Assembly: GCA_963822965.1 (NCBI GenBank)
Contig: CAWGJT010000012.1
Location: 128,001 to 192,000, forward strand
DNA length: 64,000 nucleotides
Source: an uncultured delta proteobacterium
GTDB taxonomy: Bacteria; Myxococcota_A; UBA9160; UBA4427
Direction: 5' to 3'
The notes beneath the pieces were generated by a model. The model made no database searches and was not told the origin of the DNA. It worked only from the letters and a program-made list of their open reading frames with translations. Positions 46,482 through 54,882 of the stretch are shown here, piece after piece (the first letter of the stretch is position 1; each line of letters opens with the position of its first letter). The position numbers were made by a program, and so were the translations under genes.

Positions 46482-47453
46482 ATGCAGGCTTTCCGGAGAC
46501 GTCTTCCTTCCATCGGGCTCGCGCTCGTGCTGGCGGCGTGCGCAGCGCAGACCCCGACCCCGGAGTGGATCTCGGGGGTCCCGCCCGGGTATCCGGCGGA
46601 GCGTTGGATCGTCGGGGTCGGCTCCGGGGCGAGCGGTGACGCGGCCGCCGCCGCGGCGCGGGAGAAGATCGCCGCCCAGACGACCGAGGATACGTCCGGC
46701 GCCCGGATCGCCGCCACCTGGCTCGACGAAGAGACGGGCACCCAGTGGGCGTTGGCGACGCTGGACCGCGAGCCCCTTCGCGCCCGGCTCGCGAGCGAGC
46801 TCGCCGCCGTGGACCAGCAGCAGCGCGCGCTCGTGGCGCGAGCGGACGAAGCCACCCCGGACCAGGCGCTCGCCCTGCTCTCGGAAGCGATGCGGCTCGG
46901 CGACCGACGAGCGGCCCTCGCCGACCGGCTGACCCGGTTCGCGGGAGCCGGCACGGCGGGCGGCGCCGGGGCGCCGGATCGCGCGCAGCTCGAGCAGCGT
47001 CTCGCCGAGACGAAGCGCTCGCTGCCGATCGAGGTCGAGGCGTGGGAGATGGACCCGAAGACCGGCGAGACCCTCGAGCCCCTCGATGAGATGCGGCGGG
47101 CGCTCACCCAGAAGGTGATCGCTCTGGGATTCCCGGTGAGCGACGGCAACGTCCGCTGGGGAGACGATTCCACCTGGCTGCTGGTGCGCTCGCGGCTGGG
47201 CCTCGAACGTCTGGAGCTGCTGCCCTCGGACCGGATGGTTGCCGTGCACTGGGACGCGGCCGTCGAGGTGGTCGATCGCACGGCCAACGGACGGCTCGTC
47301 GCGGTCCTGACCGACGAGGGGCGCGCCACGCACCTGAACGAGCGAGAGGCGCGGCGCCAGGCGCAGGAGACCGCGGAGCACTTCGCCTCGCGCGCTCTGG
47401 GTGAGTGGCTGAGCGCCCGGGTCGCGTCGGCGACGCCCACCGCCACGCCCTAG
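46482..47453 (+). CDS. Hypothetical lipoprotein (LPP20-like N-terminus)
   Basis: Lipobox LAAC, then PEWI......YP..RWIVGVG.G....A...AR..IA.Q, followed by a coiled coil. Confidence 0.65.
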   Translation: MQAFRRRLPSIGLALVLAACAAQTPTPEWISGVPPGYPAERWIVGVGSGASGDAAAAAAREKIAAQTTEDTSGARIAATWLDEETGTQWALATLDREPLRARLASELAAVDQQQRALVARADEATPDQALALLSEAMRLGDRRAALADRLTRFAGAGTAGGAGAPDRAQLEQRLAETKRSLPIEVEAWEMDPKTGETLEPLDEMRRALTQKVIALGFPVSDGNVRWGDDSTWLLVRSRLGLERLELLPSDRMVAVHWDAAVEVVDRTANGRLVAVLTDEGRATHLNEREARRQAQETAEHFASRALGEWLSARVASATPTATP

Positions 47454-47464
47454 CTATAGCTAGG
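47449..47464. other. Perfect 16-bp palindrome CCTAGCTATAGCTAGG between convergent genes
   Basis: Read directly from the sequence; it includes the TAG stop of the lipoprotein gene. Confidence 0.7.
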
Positions 47465-47472
47465 CGCCCGCC

Positions 47473-48963
47473 TCAGCCCCCCAGCACCGCGCGCACGAAG
47501 CCCGGCAGCAGCCCGGGCCGCTTCGCCAGCCCGATCACGGCGGCCACGCGGATCGCCGGCTCGAGCGCGTAGGGCATCGCGAAGAGGCCGCCGTGCACCT
47601 GCTGGGAGAGCAGGCGCCGCGCCCGCTCCGCGGGGCCGGCCCCGTCGCCGGGCGTCGCACCCGGAGCGTTCGGGTTCAGCAGATCGTGGATCAGCAGCAG
47701 GCCGTTCAAGGCGCGCGTCTCCTCGGGCTCGAAGGCCTCGACGCCGAAGGCGGAAGCTCCCGCGAAGCCCGCCTCGAAGACCGGGTGGCGCAGGGAACGC
47801 GTCATCGTGATGGCGGCGACGTTGGCCGAGACGGAGACGGGCGCGCCCTGCCCCGTCGGTCCGACGGTCGCCCAGCGCTCGACGGCGAGGGTCTTGCCCA
47901 GGTACTGCGCGGCCTGGTAGCCGGCGCCCTGCACCGAGACCACGTTGCGCAGGAGTCGATCCCCTTCCGGGCCTACGTGCGCCTCGCCCAGAAGCCCCAA
48001 CGCCTCCACGGAACGCTGCCAGCGCGGCCGTGCCGCGTAGCGGCGATTCGCCGCGGCGAGCATGTCCGCTCCGGGCGGCACCGGCGTGGTGGGCGAGACC
48101 ATGAGCGCCACCGAGCGCACGCTGCCCGCGGGCATCGCGTCCACGATGGCGTTCATCGCCGCAGCGAGCCGCCACTCGCGTCCCCGCCCGGGCGCGTAGG
48201 CGTAGAGACCGACGTCGAGCGGTCCGCCCTCGGCGAACGCGCGCATCGTCGCCGCGATCCGGCGCGGGTCGCGCAGCAGGTCCGTGGGCTCCCGGGGCAC
48301 GAAGAGGCGTCCGGAAAGCGTGCTGTCCTTGACCAGAGTGGCGGGCGGCGCCACCGTGTCGATCCAGAGCACGTCGGCTCCCGCTTCGAGCAGGAGCTGC
48401 GTCGGAGCGATCTCGGCGGCCGCGCCCACGGTCGCAAAGCGGCGGCCCTGCAGATCGATCTCGCCCGCGGCGTCCAGGGCGTTCTCCACCAGCCAGCGCA
48501 GCGCCGCGGCCACGGGCCCGGTGGCCCGCTCGTCGGCCACCAGACGTTCGCCGAGCTCACGGATCGCGCTTCCCTCGTGCAGGCGGCCGTGGTAGGAAAC
48601 GCGGGGCGCGAGGCGTCCCTTCCCCGAGAGCAGGACACACTCGACGGCCGCGGGGTCTCCGGGACGCGCCAGCGCGGTGGCGAGCGACACCTCGCTTCCC
48701 TCGGCCGCGTGGCCGAAGGCTTCCGCGGCGCGCTCCACCAGGAAGCGTCCGATCGCCAGCCGCTCTCCGCTGGCGAGGCGCGCCGACTCGAAGCGGGTCA
48801 GCCGCTCCCCGTATGCGCTCCGGAAGGCCCGGCCGTCCGCCAGCGACGCTTCGTCCAGCACCCCGGGCCAACGGGCGGCGGTCTCGCGTAGGAGACGAAG
48901 GAGGAGGGTCGAGCCGGTCTCGCCCTCGGGAAACACGACGCCGCAGCGTTCGATCTCGTCCAT
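47473..48963 (-). CDS. Conserved-looking hypothetical protein with Rossmann-like segment
   Basis: 496-aa ORF with normal amino-acid composition. RRFATVGAAAEIAP...LLEAGADVLWID, QGAGYQAAQY, SANVAAIT.T.S and QVHGG. Confidence 0.6.
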   Translation of the reverse strand: MDEIERCGVVFPEGETGSTLLLRLLRETAARWPGVLDEASLADGRAFRSAYGERLTRFESARLASGERLAIGRFLVERAAEAFGHAAEGSEVSLATALARPGDPAAVECVLLSGKGRLAPRVSYHGRLHEGSAIRELGERLVADERATGPVAAALRWLVENALDAAGEIDLQGRRFATVGAAAEIAPTQLLLEAGADVLWIDTVAPPATLVKDSTLSGRLFVPREPTDLLRDPRRIAATMRAFAEGGPLDVGLYAYAPGRGREWRLAAAMNAIVDAMPAGSVRSVALMVSPTTPVPPGADMLAAANRRYAARPRWQRSVEALGLLGEAHVGPEGDRLLRNVVSVQGAGYQAAQYLGKTLAVERWATVGPTGQGAPVSVSANVAAITMTRSLRHPVFEAGFAGASAFGVEAFEPEETRALNGLLLIHDLLNPNAPGATPGDGAGPAERARRLLSQQVHGGLFAMPYALEPAIRVAAVIGLAKRPGLLPGFVRAVLGG

Positions 48964-49177
48964 GATCCCCCCGATCGGATTCCCCGGATCCTAGCCCCAA
49001 TGCGTCATTCGGTGTGCTTCCTGCGTGCCGCAGACCGTGCCAGGCCTCGCGGATCCTGCGAGGACGGCGGAACCAGCCCGAGCGCGACGACCTCACTCCC
49101 AGGAGGTCCTGGCGTCGGGCTCGGATCGCGGCACGGACCGAGCAAGACGCAGCGACTCGTCAGGCATTGGGAGTTGC

Positions 49178-49204
49178 GCCCTGATCCGCATGACGGATCA
49201 GGGC
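49178..49204. terminator. 11-bp GC-rich hairpin immediately after the kefC stop
   Basis: GCCCTGATCCG-CATGA-CGGATCAGGGC; no clear U-tract. Confidence 0.5.
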
Positions 49205-51036
49205 TAGCCCCGATCAGGGCCTGGCGCCGGGGCCGAAGAACCCTTCCCGTCGCCGGACCGGCCCGCGCCGCCCGGCGAGGCGGTTCGGGCGCGGTCGGCC
49301 TCGAACACCTCGCGCACCTGCTCGGCGGCGTTCTTCGTGCTCTCCCGGAAGGCCTCGTCGTCGTGGAAGAGCGCCTGTTGGCGCTCGAGCGTCCTGGCGT
49401 CGTGCTCCCGGAACGTCTCCACCGAGGCGCGGGCCTCGTCGTCCGGAATGCCCAGGCGGCGAAGCACCTGATCCGCGGCCTCGAGGCTGGAGTACAGGGT
49501 GTCCCGGATCACCACCGGGACGCCGATCTCCCGCAGCTGCAGGTCGTGCAGCCGGTTCCGCGCCCGGGCGACGACCGTCACCGAGGGAAAGTGCGAGCGT
49601 ACGAATGCCGCCATACGAAGCGCCGCCTCGGTGTCGTCGATGGCAACGACGAAGACCTTCGCGCTGGCGATGTGTGCCGTTTGCAGCAGGTCCTGCCTCC
49701 CCGCGTCGCCGAAGTAGATCTGGTTGCCGAAGCGTCGCACGAAGTCGACCTGGGCGGGGCTGATCTCGAGCGCCGTGAAGCGGATGCTGCGCATCGAGAG
49801 CACCCGCGCGACGATCTGCCCGAAGCGGCCGAAGCCCGCGATGACGACCGGGTTCTCGGGCTCGTCGATCACGTCGTAGGGCCGCTCTTCCCGCCGCCCG
49901 GCCAGATGGCGCTCGAGCAGCCCGGACAGGATCGGCGTCGTCACCATGGACAGGGTGACGACGATGGCGACCCGGCTCGAGAGACCGGGATCCAGCAGTC
50001 CGGCACCGACCGCCGTCGCGAGCAGCACGAACGCGAACTCGCCGCCCTGGGAGAGCACCGTGGCGGCGCGCAGGGACTCCACCGTGCCGAGCCCGTTCCA
50101 GCGCGCCAGCGGAAACAGCACCGCGCCCTTTACCGCCACCAGCGCGAGCGCCGATCCGACGATCGCGAGGGGCTCCGCGGCCAGCAACCGCAGGTCGACC
50201 GCCATGCCGACCCCCATGAAGAAGAGGCCGAGCAGCAGGCCCTTGAAGGGCATCAGGTCGGTCTCGAGCTGATGCCGGTACTCCGAATCCGCGACCATCA
50301 TGCCGGCCACGAACGCCCCCAGCCCCATCGAGAGGCCCGCGGCGGACATGGCCAGCGCGGCCCCGAGGACCAGAGCCAGCGCGGCCGCGGTGAAGAGCTC
50401 GTGGATCGCCGTCGAGGCGACCACGCGCAGGATGGGACGCAGGGCGAATCGCGCCGCCACCCCGCCCAGCACCACCGCGACCAGAGCGCCTGCGACCGCG
50501 AGCCCGCTGCGCTCGGACGCCGCACCGCCCCCGGCCACGTCCAGCAGGGCGATCACCGGAATGACGGCGACGTCCTGGAAGAGAAGCGTCCCGAAGGCCG
50601 CCCGACCGTGGGGCGCATTCAGCTCCTTCTGCTCGCCAAGGAGCTGCAGGACGAAGGCCGTGCTCGAGAGCGCCAGCGCAAACCCGACGATGGACGACGA
50701 CGCCCACGAGGCGCCGAGCCCCGCGCGAACGAGACCGGCGAGAACCACGGCGCTGGCGGCGACCTGCGCCGGCCCCAGCCCGAGCACCGTGCGCCGCATC
50801 ACCCAGAGGCGGCGGGGCTGCAGCTCGAGGCCGATGATGAAGAGCAGGAAGACGACGCCGATCTCGGCGAAGTGCAGCACCTCGTCCACGTCGGCGACGA
50901 GACCCAGCCCGTGGCGACCGAGCAGCACGCCGGCGGCGAGATAGCCGAGCACCGACGACAGCCCGAGCCTCTTGAAGATCGGCACCACCACGATGGCGGC
51001 GACCAGGAACTCGAGGACCTCGAGCAGGAAGCTCAT
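49204..51036 (-). CDS. kefC: Glutathione-regulated K+/H+ antiporter, KefB/KefC (CPA2) family
   Basis: LGLSSVLGYL.AG, AEIGVVFLLF.IGLEL, LALSSTA, LLFQD, LGAF.AG, YRHQLE.D..PFKGLLLGLFF, QGGEFAFV and KTN domain IAGFGRFGQIV. Confidence 0.92.
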   Translation of the reverse strand: MSFLLEVLEFLVAAIVVVPIFKRLGLSSVLGYLAAGVLLGRHGLGLVADVDEVLHFAEIGVVFLLFIIGLELQPRRLWVMRRTVLGLGPAQVAASAVVLAGLVRAGLGASWASSSIVGFALALSSTAFVLQLLGEQKELNAPHGRAAFGTLLFQDVAVIPVIALLDVAGGGAASERSGLAVAGALVAVVLGGVAARFALRPILRVVASTAIHELFTAAALALVLGAALAMSAAGLSMGLGAFVAGMMVADSEYRHQLETDLMPFKGLLLGLFFMGVGMAVDLRLLAAEPLAIVGSALALVAVKGAVLFPLARWNGLGTVESLRAATVLSQGGEFAFVLLATAVGAGLLDPGLSSRVAIVVTLSMVTTPILSGLLERHLAGRREERPYDVIDEPENPVVIAGFGRFGQIVARVLSMRSIRFTALEISPAQVDFVRRFGNQIYFGDAGRQDLLQTAHIASAKVFVVAIDDTEAALRMAAFVRSHFPSVTVVARARNRLHDLQLREIGVPVVIRDTLYSSLEAADQVLRRLGIPDDEARASVETFREHDARTLERQQALFHDDEAFRESTKNAAEQVREVFEADRARTASPGGAGRSGDGKGSSAPAPGPDRG

Positions 51037-51088
51037 GGCGCCGCATCGTAACGCCGGGACGAACGCGGCGCCCCGCGACGGTGCCCGC

Positions 51089-51670
51089 TCAGCGCCTCAC
51101 GCTGCGTCGCCGGGCCTTCCGCTTGGCACGCTGGGCGGCCCAGATCTGGCGCCGCGTGGGCCGGCGGTCGGGCGGCCGGTACTCGCCGTCCGGGTCCATC
51201 ACCAGCTCGCGGGTCTGCCCCTCGTGGCGCAGGAGTACCCGGGTGCGCTCGATCCGGATCACGCGGGCACCGCCCCCGGGCACCGGGTCTCCCACGCGCA
51301 CGACCTGGTAGTCGCCCGTCTCCGCGTTCCAGACGGCGGCGCGGGCGACCGTCGGGTCGGACGCGCTCAGGGTTCCCAGCAGCCCGAGCGGCAGCTCGGT
51401 GGGCTCGAGATCCTCCTCGACGGGCGGAGGCGTCGCGTCCACGAGCACCGCCCCGAACAGGTTGCGATCGATGATGACACGGCGGCTGCTCCACGATCGG
51501 TCGGCCGGCGCGGCCGGCGTCGGCGTGGCGAGGTCGAGCCCGGCGGGTATCGGCGCCAACGAGTACGCGGCCACCGCGGTCACGGACCGGCTCGCGAGCC
51601 ACGCGCACGCGACGAGGAGTCCGAGATCGAGTGGCAGTCGCAGCAGGCGCGGTCCCGCCAGGCGCCCCAT
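51089..51670 (-). CDS. Type II secretion GspC N-terminal (HR)-like domain protein, no PDZ
   Basis: N-terminal TM, IIDRNLFG, PTELPL.LLGT......ARAAV, VRVGD.V....ARV..IER..V.L...G..REL. Confidence 0.7.
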   Translation of the reverse strand: MGRLAGPRLLRLPLDLGLLVACAWLASRSVTAVAAYSLAPIPAGLDLATPTPAAPADRSWSSRRVIIDRNLFGAVLVDATPPPVEEDLEPTELPLGLLGTLSASDPTVARAAVWNAETGDYQVVRVGDPVPGGGARVIRIERTRVLLRHEGQTRELVMDPDGEYRPPDRRPTRRQIWAAQRAKRKARRRSVRR

Positions 51671-51680
51671 GGCGGCTCCC

Positions 51681-52052
51681 TCAGGAGCGGGTGCGCGTTG
51701 GCTTCGCGCGGCTCTGCTGGCGATCGGCGGGCGCGGTCCGCCGGCGGTCCGCGCCCTTCCCGGGCGTCTTCAGCACGTCCGGCACCTTGACGGGCACCTT
51801 GAGCACGAAGGAGCTGCGGTTGGCGGGATCGTCCTTGATGGCCTGCAGACTGGTGGGACGGGGAACGCCCCGGGTGGAATCGATGCGCTGGCGGACCTCG
51901 TCACGCAGGACGCCGGCGGCCAGCCGGGTGCTCTTCTCGATCGTGCGGGCTCGCGCAACGAGGCTCGGAAAGTCCGGATAGCGGACGCGGAACTCCCGTC
52001 CGTCGCCCTTCTCGACGATGGCGTAGAAGGTTTCGACGGAGCCGCTCTTCAA
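51681..52052 (-). CDS. HicB-like antitoxin domain protein (orphan)
   Basis: TTG 52052 with GGAGGAGG RBS. FYAIVEKGDGREFRVRYPDFP......RTIEK....AA.VL.........VPRPTSL matches the HicB N-domain pattern. Confidence 0.65.
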   Translation of the reverse strand: MKSGSVETFYAIVEKGDGREFRVRYPDFPSLVARARTIEKSTRLAAGVLRDEVRQRIDSTRGVPRPTSLQAIKDDPANRSSFVLKVPVKVPDVLKTPGKGADRRRTAPADRQQSRAKPTRTRS

Positions 52053-52238
52053 GTTCGCTGGACCTCCTCCAAGAGGGAAGAAATATAGGGAACGAAGCAA
52101 ATTTATCCAGCCCTCCGCACGAATGGGCGAGAGCCTCCCCGGACAAAAAATCTTCAAACACGGGCAGATACAGGACAATCGGCGCGGAGGGCGAGCCCGG
52201 GGCGCGATCGGCTCGGTCGATTCTACTTCGAAGACGAA

Positions 52239-52787
52239 CTAGAAGACGAGCCGGGAGAGGAGCTGGGGAGACGGGCCGGAAGGCGGATTCGAAGGCGAAG
52301 CGGCTCCGGAGCCGGATGCCGGCTGGGTCTGGATGGAGGCCAGAAAGGCAACCAGCGCGGACAGCTTTCCGCGGGTCACCTCTTCGCGGGCGCCGGGATC
52401 GGAGACCTCGACGCTGATCACGTCGCCCCAGACCGGCATCTCCGGAAGGAGATGAGCCTCCACGGGAATCCGTCCGTCGATCAGCCGCGCCACCTCCCCG
52501 GCTGGGAAGCGACCGTCCCGGCGAGCGGCGATGCGCGTGAGGTCCGCGGCGGGGGTCATCAGCTCGGACTGCCAGGCGCCGTCTCCGGCCCCGTCGGGGC
52601 CGTGACACAACGCGCAGTTCTGCGCGTACACCTCGCGGCCCTGCTCGACCAGGGCGAGCGGCGGCGGCTCCTTGGGGGCGGGCCCGGCACAGGAAGCGAG
52701 CACCCCGCACACGAGCAGAGCCGCCGGAATCCGCCCCGGCCCGTCGCGGGCAGGCCGGCGCCTCAACGAGGGGAGTGACTCGCTCAA
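52239..52787 (-). CDS. Monoheme cytochrome c lipoprotein
   Basis: Lipobox LASC, GREVYAQNCALCHG.DG.GDG, DLT.IA.R..G.FP, distal Met MPVWG and LVAFL.SIQ. TTGA coupling with the upstream gene. Confidence 0.85.
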   Translation of the reverse strand: MSESLPSLRRRPARDGPGRIPAALLVCGVLASCAGPAPKEPPPLALVEQGREVYAQNCALCHGPDGAGDGAWQSELMTPAADLTRIAARRDGRFPAGEVARLIDGRIPVEAHLLPEMPVWGDVISVEVSDPGAREEVTRGKLSALVAFLASIQTQPASGSGAASPSNPPSGPSPQLLSRLVF

Positions 52788-54730
52788 CTCCGTCCTCCGG
52801 CGACCCCCGACGCTTCGCGCGAGGCGATCGCGGCACGACTCTGGCCGGCCTCGACGGACGCCAGGATCCGCTCCTGGGCGGCGTCGAGGATCTTCTTCAG
52901 CATCTCCGCGTAGCTCCAGCCCGCCATCTCGGCCATCAGGTTCATCTTGCCGTCCCAGCACCAGCCCGGGTTCGGGTTGACCTCGAGCAGCTTCGGCCGG
53001 CCGGTGGCGTCCGCGCGGAAGTCGAAGCGCGCATAGTCCCGGCAGCCGAGGCGCTGGAAGAGCAGGAGCGAGGCGTCGATCATGGCGTTGCGGACGTCCA
53101 CCGGCGCCCGGCTCTCGAAGTAGTGGATCTGAGACCAGTACGGAGAATCCGGCTCCCACTTGGACTCGTAGGAGAGGATCGGGGGCAGCGACGGATCGAG
53201 CTTTCCGTAGTCCACCTCGAGGATGGGCAGCACCTCGTGGGAGAGACCGGGGTTGCCGATCACGCCCACCGTGTATTCCGCCCCCGTCAGGAACTCCTGG
53301 ACCAGCAGCGGCACGCCCGGGAGCTGGGCGCGCACGGCGTGGACCCGCTCGACGAGCTGCACGGCGTCGGCGACCACCGCATCCTTCGTGATGGCGATGC
53401 TGCTGTCCCCGAAGACCGGCTTCACGAGCGCCGGGAACACGCTGGGGAGCGTGGCCCCGCGATCCGAAGCGTCGAAGAAGGTCTCCTCGGGGACCGCGAT
53501 GTCGAACGCACGCGCGATCGCGGAGACCATCGCCTTGTCGTAGCAGAGCCCGAGGCACTGGGGGCCGGCACCCGTGTAGGGCACCCCGAGCAGCTCGAGC
53601 AGGGCCGGCACGTGCAGCTCGCGGAAGGCGTCGTTCGCGTAGCCCTCGTCGCACAGGTTCAGCACGAAGGCCGGCGGCTTCTGGACCAGTCGATCGATCA
53701 GCCCCTCGTGACGGTCCACGTACTCGAAGCGGATGCCCTCGAGAGAGCCGAGCGCCGCGTGGAGGTGCTCGGTGGTCTCGATGTCCTCGGGGTTGAACTG
53801 TCCGTCGCGCTTCACGGTGTCGGGCAGCGACGGATCGCCGAGCAGCACCGTGACCTCGGGGAACGGGATCTTCCGTCGCGCGGGAGCGGCGGCGTCCCGG
53901 CTGCGCGCCCGGACCACCATGCGGTGGGCCATCATGCCCAGATCCTGGTTGCGATCCGAGCGCGTCTCGGTGGCGGGCCGCACCTCGACGTCCTCGTAGC
54001 CGGCCCGCCGGAGCAGGCGCTCGATGCGCGGCGGGTCGTAGAGGCGCTCGGCGTAGAACTGGTCGGCGATCACGCCGCGCTCGGCGTGCACGATCACCTC
54101 GCGCGAGATCAGCCGCTCACCGTCGCGCGCGAGGGAGCGCTCGCGACACACGAAGTGGTCCTGGTCGATCCACTCCCAGGAGCGCGCCTCGAAGTGGGTC
54201 CGCTGCCACTCGCCGTCGGCGAGGTCGAGCACCAGGGTTCCGTTCGGCCGCAGCACCCGGGCGGCGGCGGCCAGCACCGACAGGTCGTCCGTGTCCTGCT
54301 CGAAGTACCCGAAGGAGTTGCCGAGGATCGCCACGCAGTCGAAGGAGGCCCGGGGGAGCCGGAAGCGGCGGGCGTCGCCCTCGTGGAAGCGGACCTCGAG
54401 GCCCTCCTGGCGGGCGCGGCTGCGCGCGAGCCGGATCAGGGTGCGGGAGCGATCGAGGCCCGTCACGTGCCCGAAGCCCCGGCGCGCCAGCTCGAGCACG
54501 TGCCGCCCCTGACCGCAGCACAGGTCGAGGATGCGGTTGTCCGGCTCCAGGCCGGCGGCCTCGACGAGCAGATCGACCTCGGCGGCGGTGTTCTCGGCGT
54601 TCTCGACGACGTCCCCGTCCGTCTTCAGGTAGAGCGCGTTGAAGAGCGTGCGCCACCACTCGGGAGGGAGGTGTCGTTCGAGGTCGTTGACCGGGCCGAG
54701 GGTTCGGCGACCGGGCTCGCGGCTTGACAT
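52784..54730 (-). CDS. SAM methyltransferase fused to a D-Ala-D-Ala-ligase-like ATP-grasp domain
   Basis: N-terminus ILDLCCGQGRH, GLDRS, EGDAR, NSFGYF, L.PNG. C-terminus LELLGVPYTG, DKA, LVKP..GDSS, VQEFLTG.EYTVG, DYARFDFR and LEVNPNPG. Confidence 0.88.
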   Translation of the reverse strand: MSSREPGRRTLGPVNDLERHLPPEWWRTLFNALYLKTDGDVVENAENTAAEVDLLVEAAGLEPDNRILDLCCGQGRHVLELARRGFGHVTGLDRSRTLIRLARSRARQEGLEVRFHEGDARRFRLPRASFDCVAILGNSFGYFEQDTDDLSVLAAAARVLRPNGTLVLDLADGEWQRTHFEARSWEWIDQDHFVCRERSLARDGERLISREVIVHAERGVIADQFYAERLYDPPRIERLLRRAGYEDVEVRPATETRSDRNQDLGMMAHRMVVRARSRDAAAPARRKIPFPEVTVLLGDPSLPDTVKRDGQFNPEDIETTEHLHAALGSLEGIRFEYVDRHEGLIDRLVQKPPAFVLNLCDEGYANDAFRELHVPALLELLGVPYTGAGPQCLGLCYDKAMVSAIARAFDIAVPEETFFDASDRGATLPSVFPALVKPVFGDSSIAITKDAVVADAVQLVERVHAVRAQLPGVPLLVQEFLTGAEYTVGVIGNPGLSHEVLPILEVDYGKLDPSLPPILSYESKWEPDSPYWSQIHYFESRAPVDVRNAMIDASLLLFQRLGCRDYARFDFRADATGRPKLLEVNPNPGWCWDGKMNLMAEMAGWSYAEMLKKILDAAQERILASVEAGQSRAAIASREASGVAGGRS

Positions 54731-54882
54731 CGGCAGTGGGTCTCGGAGTAGGACGCGGCATGCCGGCTCCGCGCCGACCTGGCCTCGGGCGCGGCGGCTG
54801 CGTCGACGGAGAATGCGCGCTAACGCGCTAAGTAGGACATCCAGCCCCCGACGCAAGGGGACCGGCCGCTTTCCGGTCCCCG

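Noticed and set aside
49015..49030. Minus-strand GG-N10-GC (CGGCACGCAGGAAGCA) upstream of the 496-aa hypothetical gene
   Set aside because: The -12 element lacks TTGC, so the match is too weak to call in GC-rich DNA.
52053..52238. hicA toxin gene upstream of the HicB-like gene
   Set aside because: No ORF with a HicA-like GSH motif was seen; the region looks like an AT-rich promoter.
52784..53900. Housekeeping ddl
   Set aside because: It is fused to a methyltransferase, has a divergent omega/serine loop and lacks dcw-cluster context, so no gene symbol was assigned.
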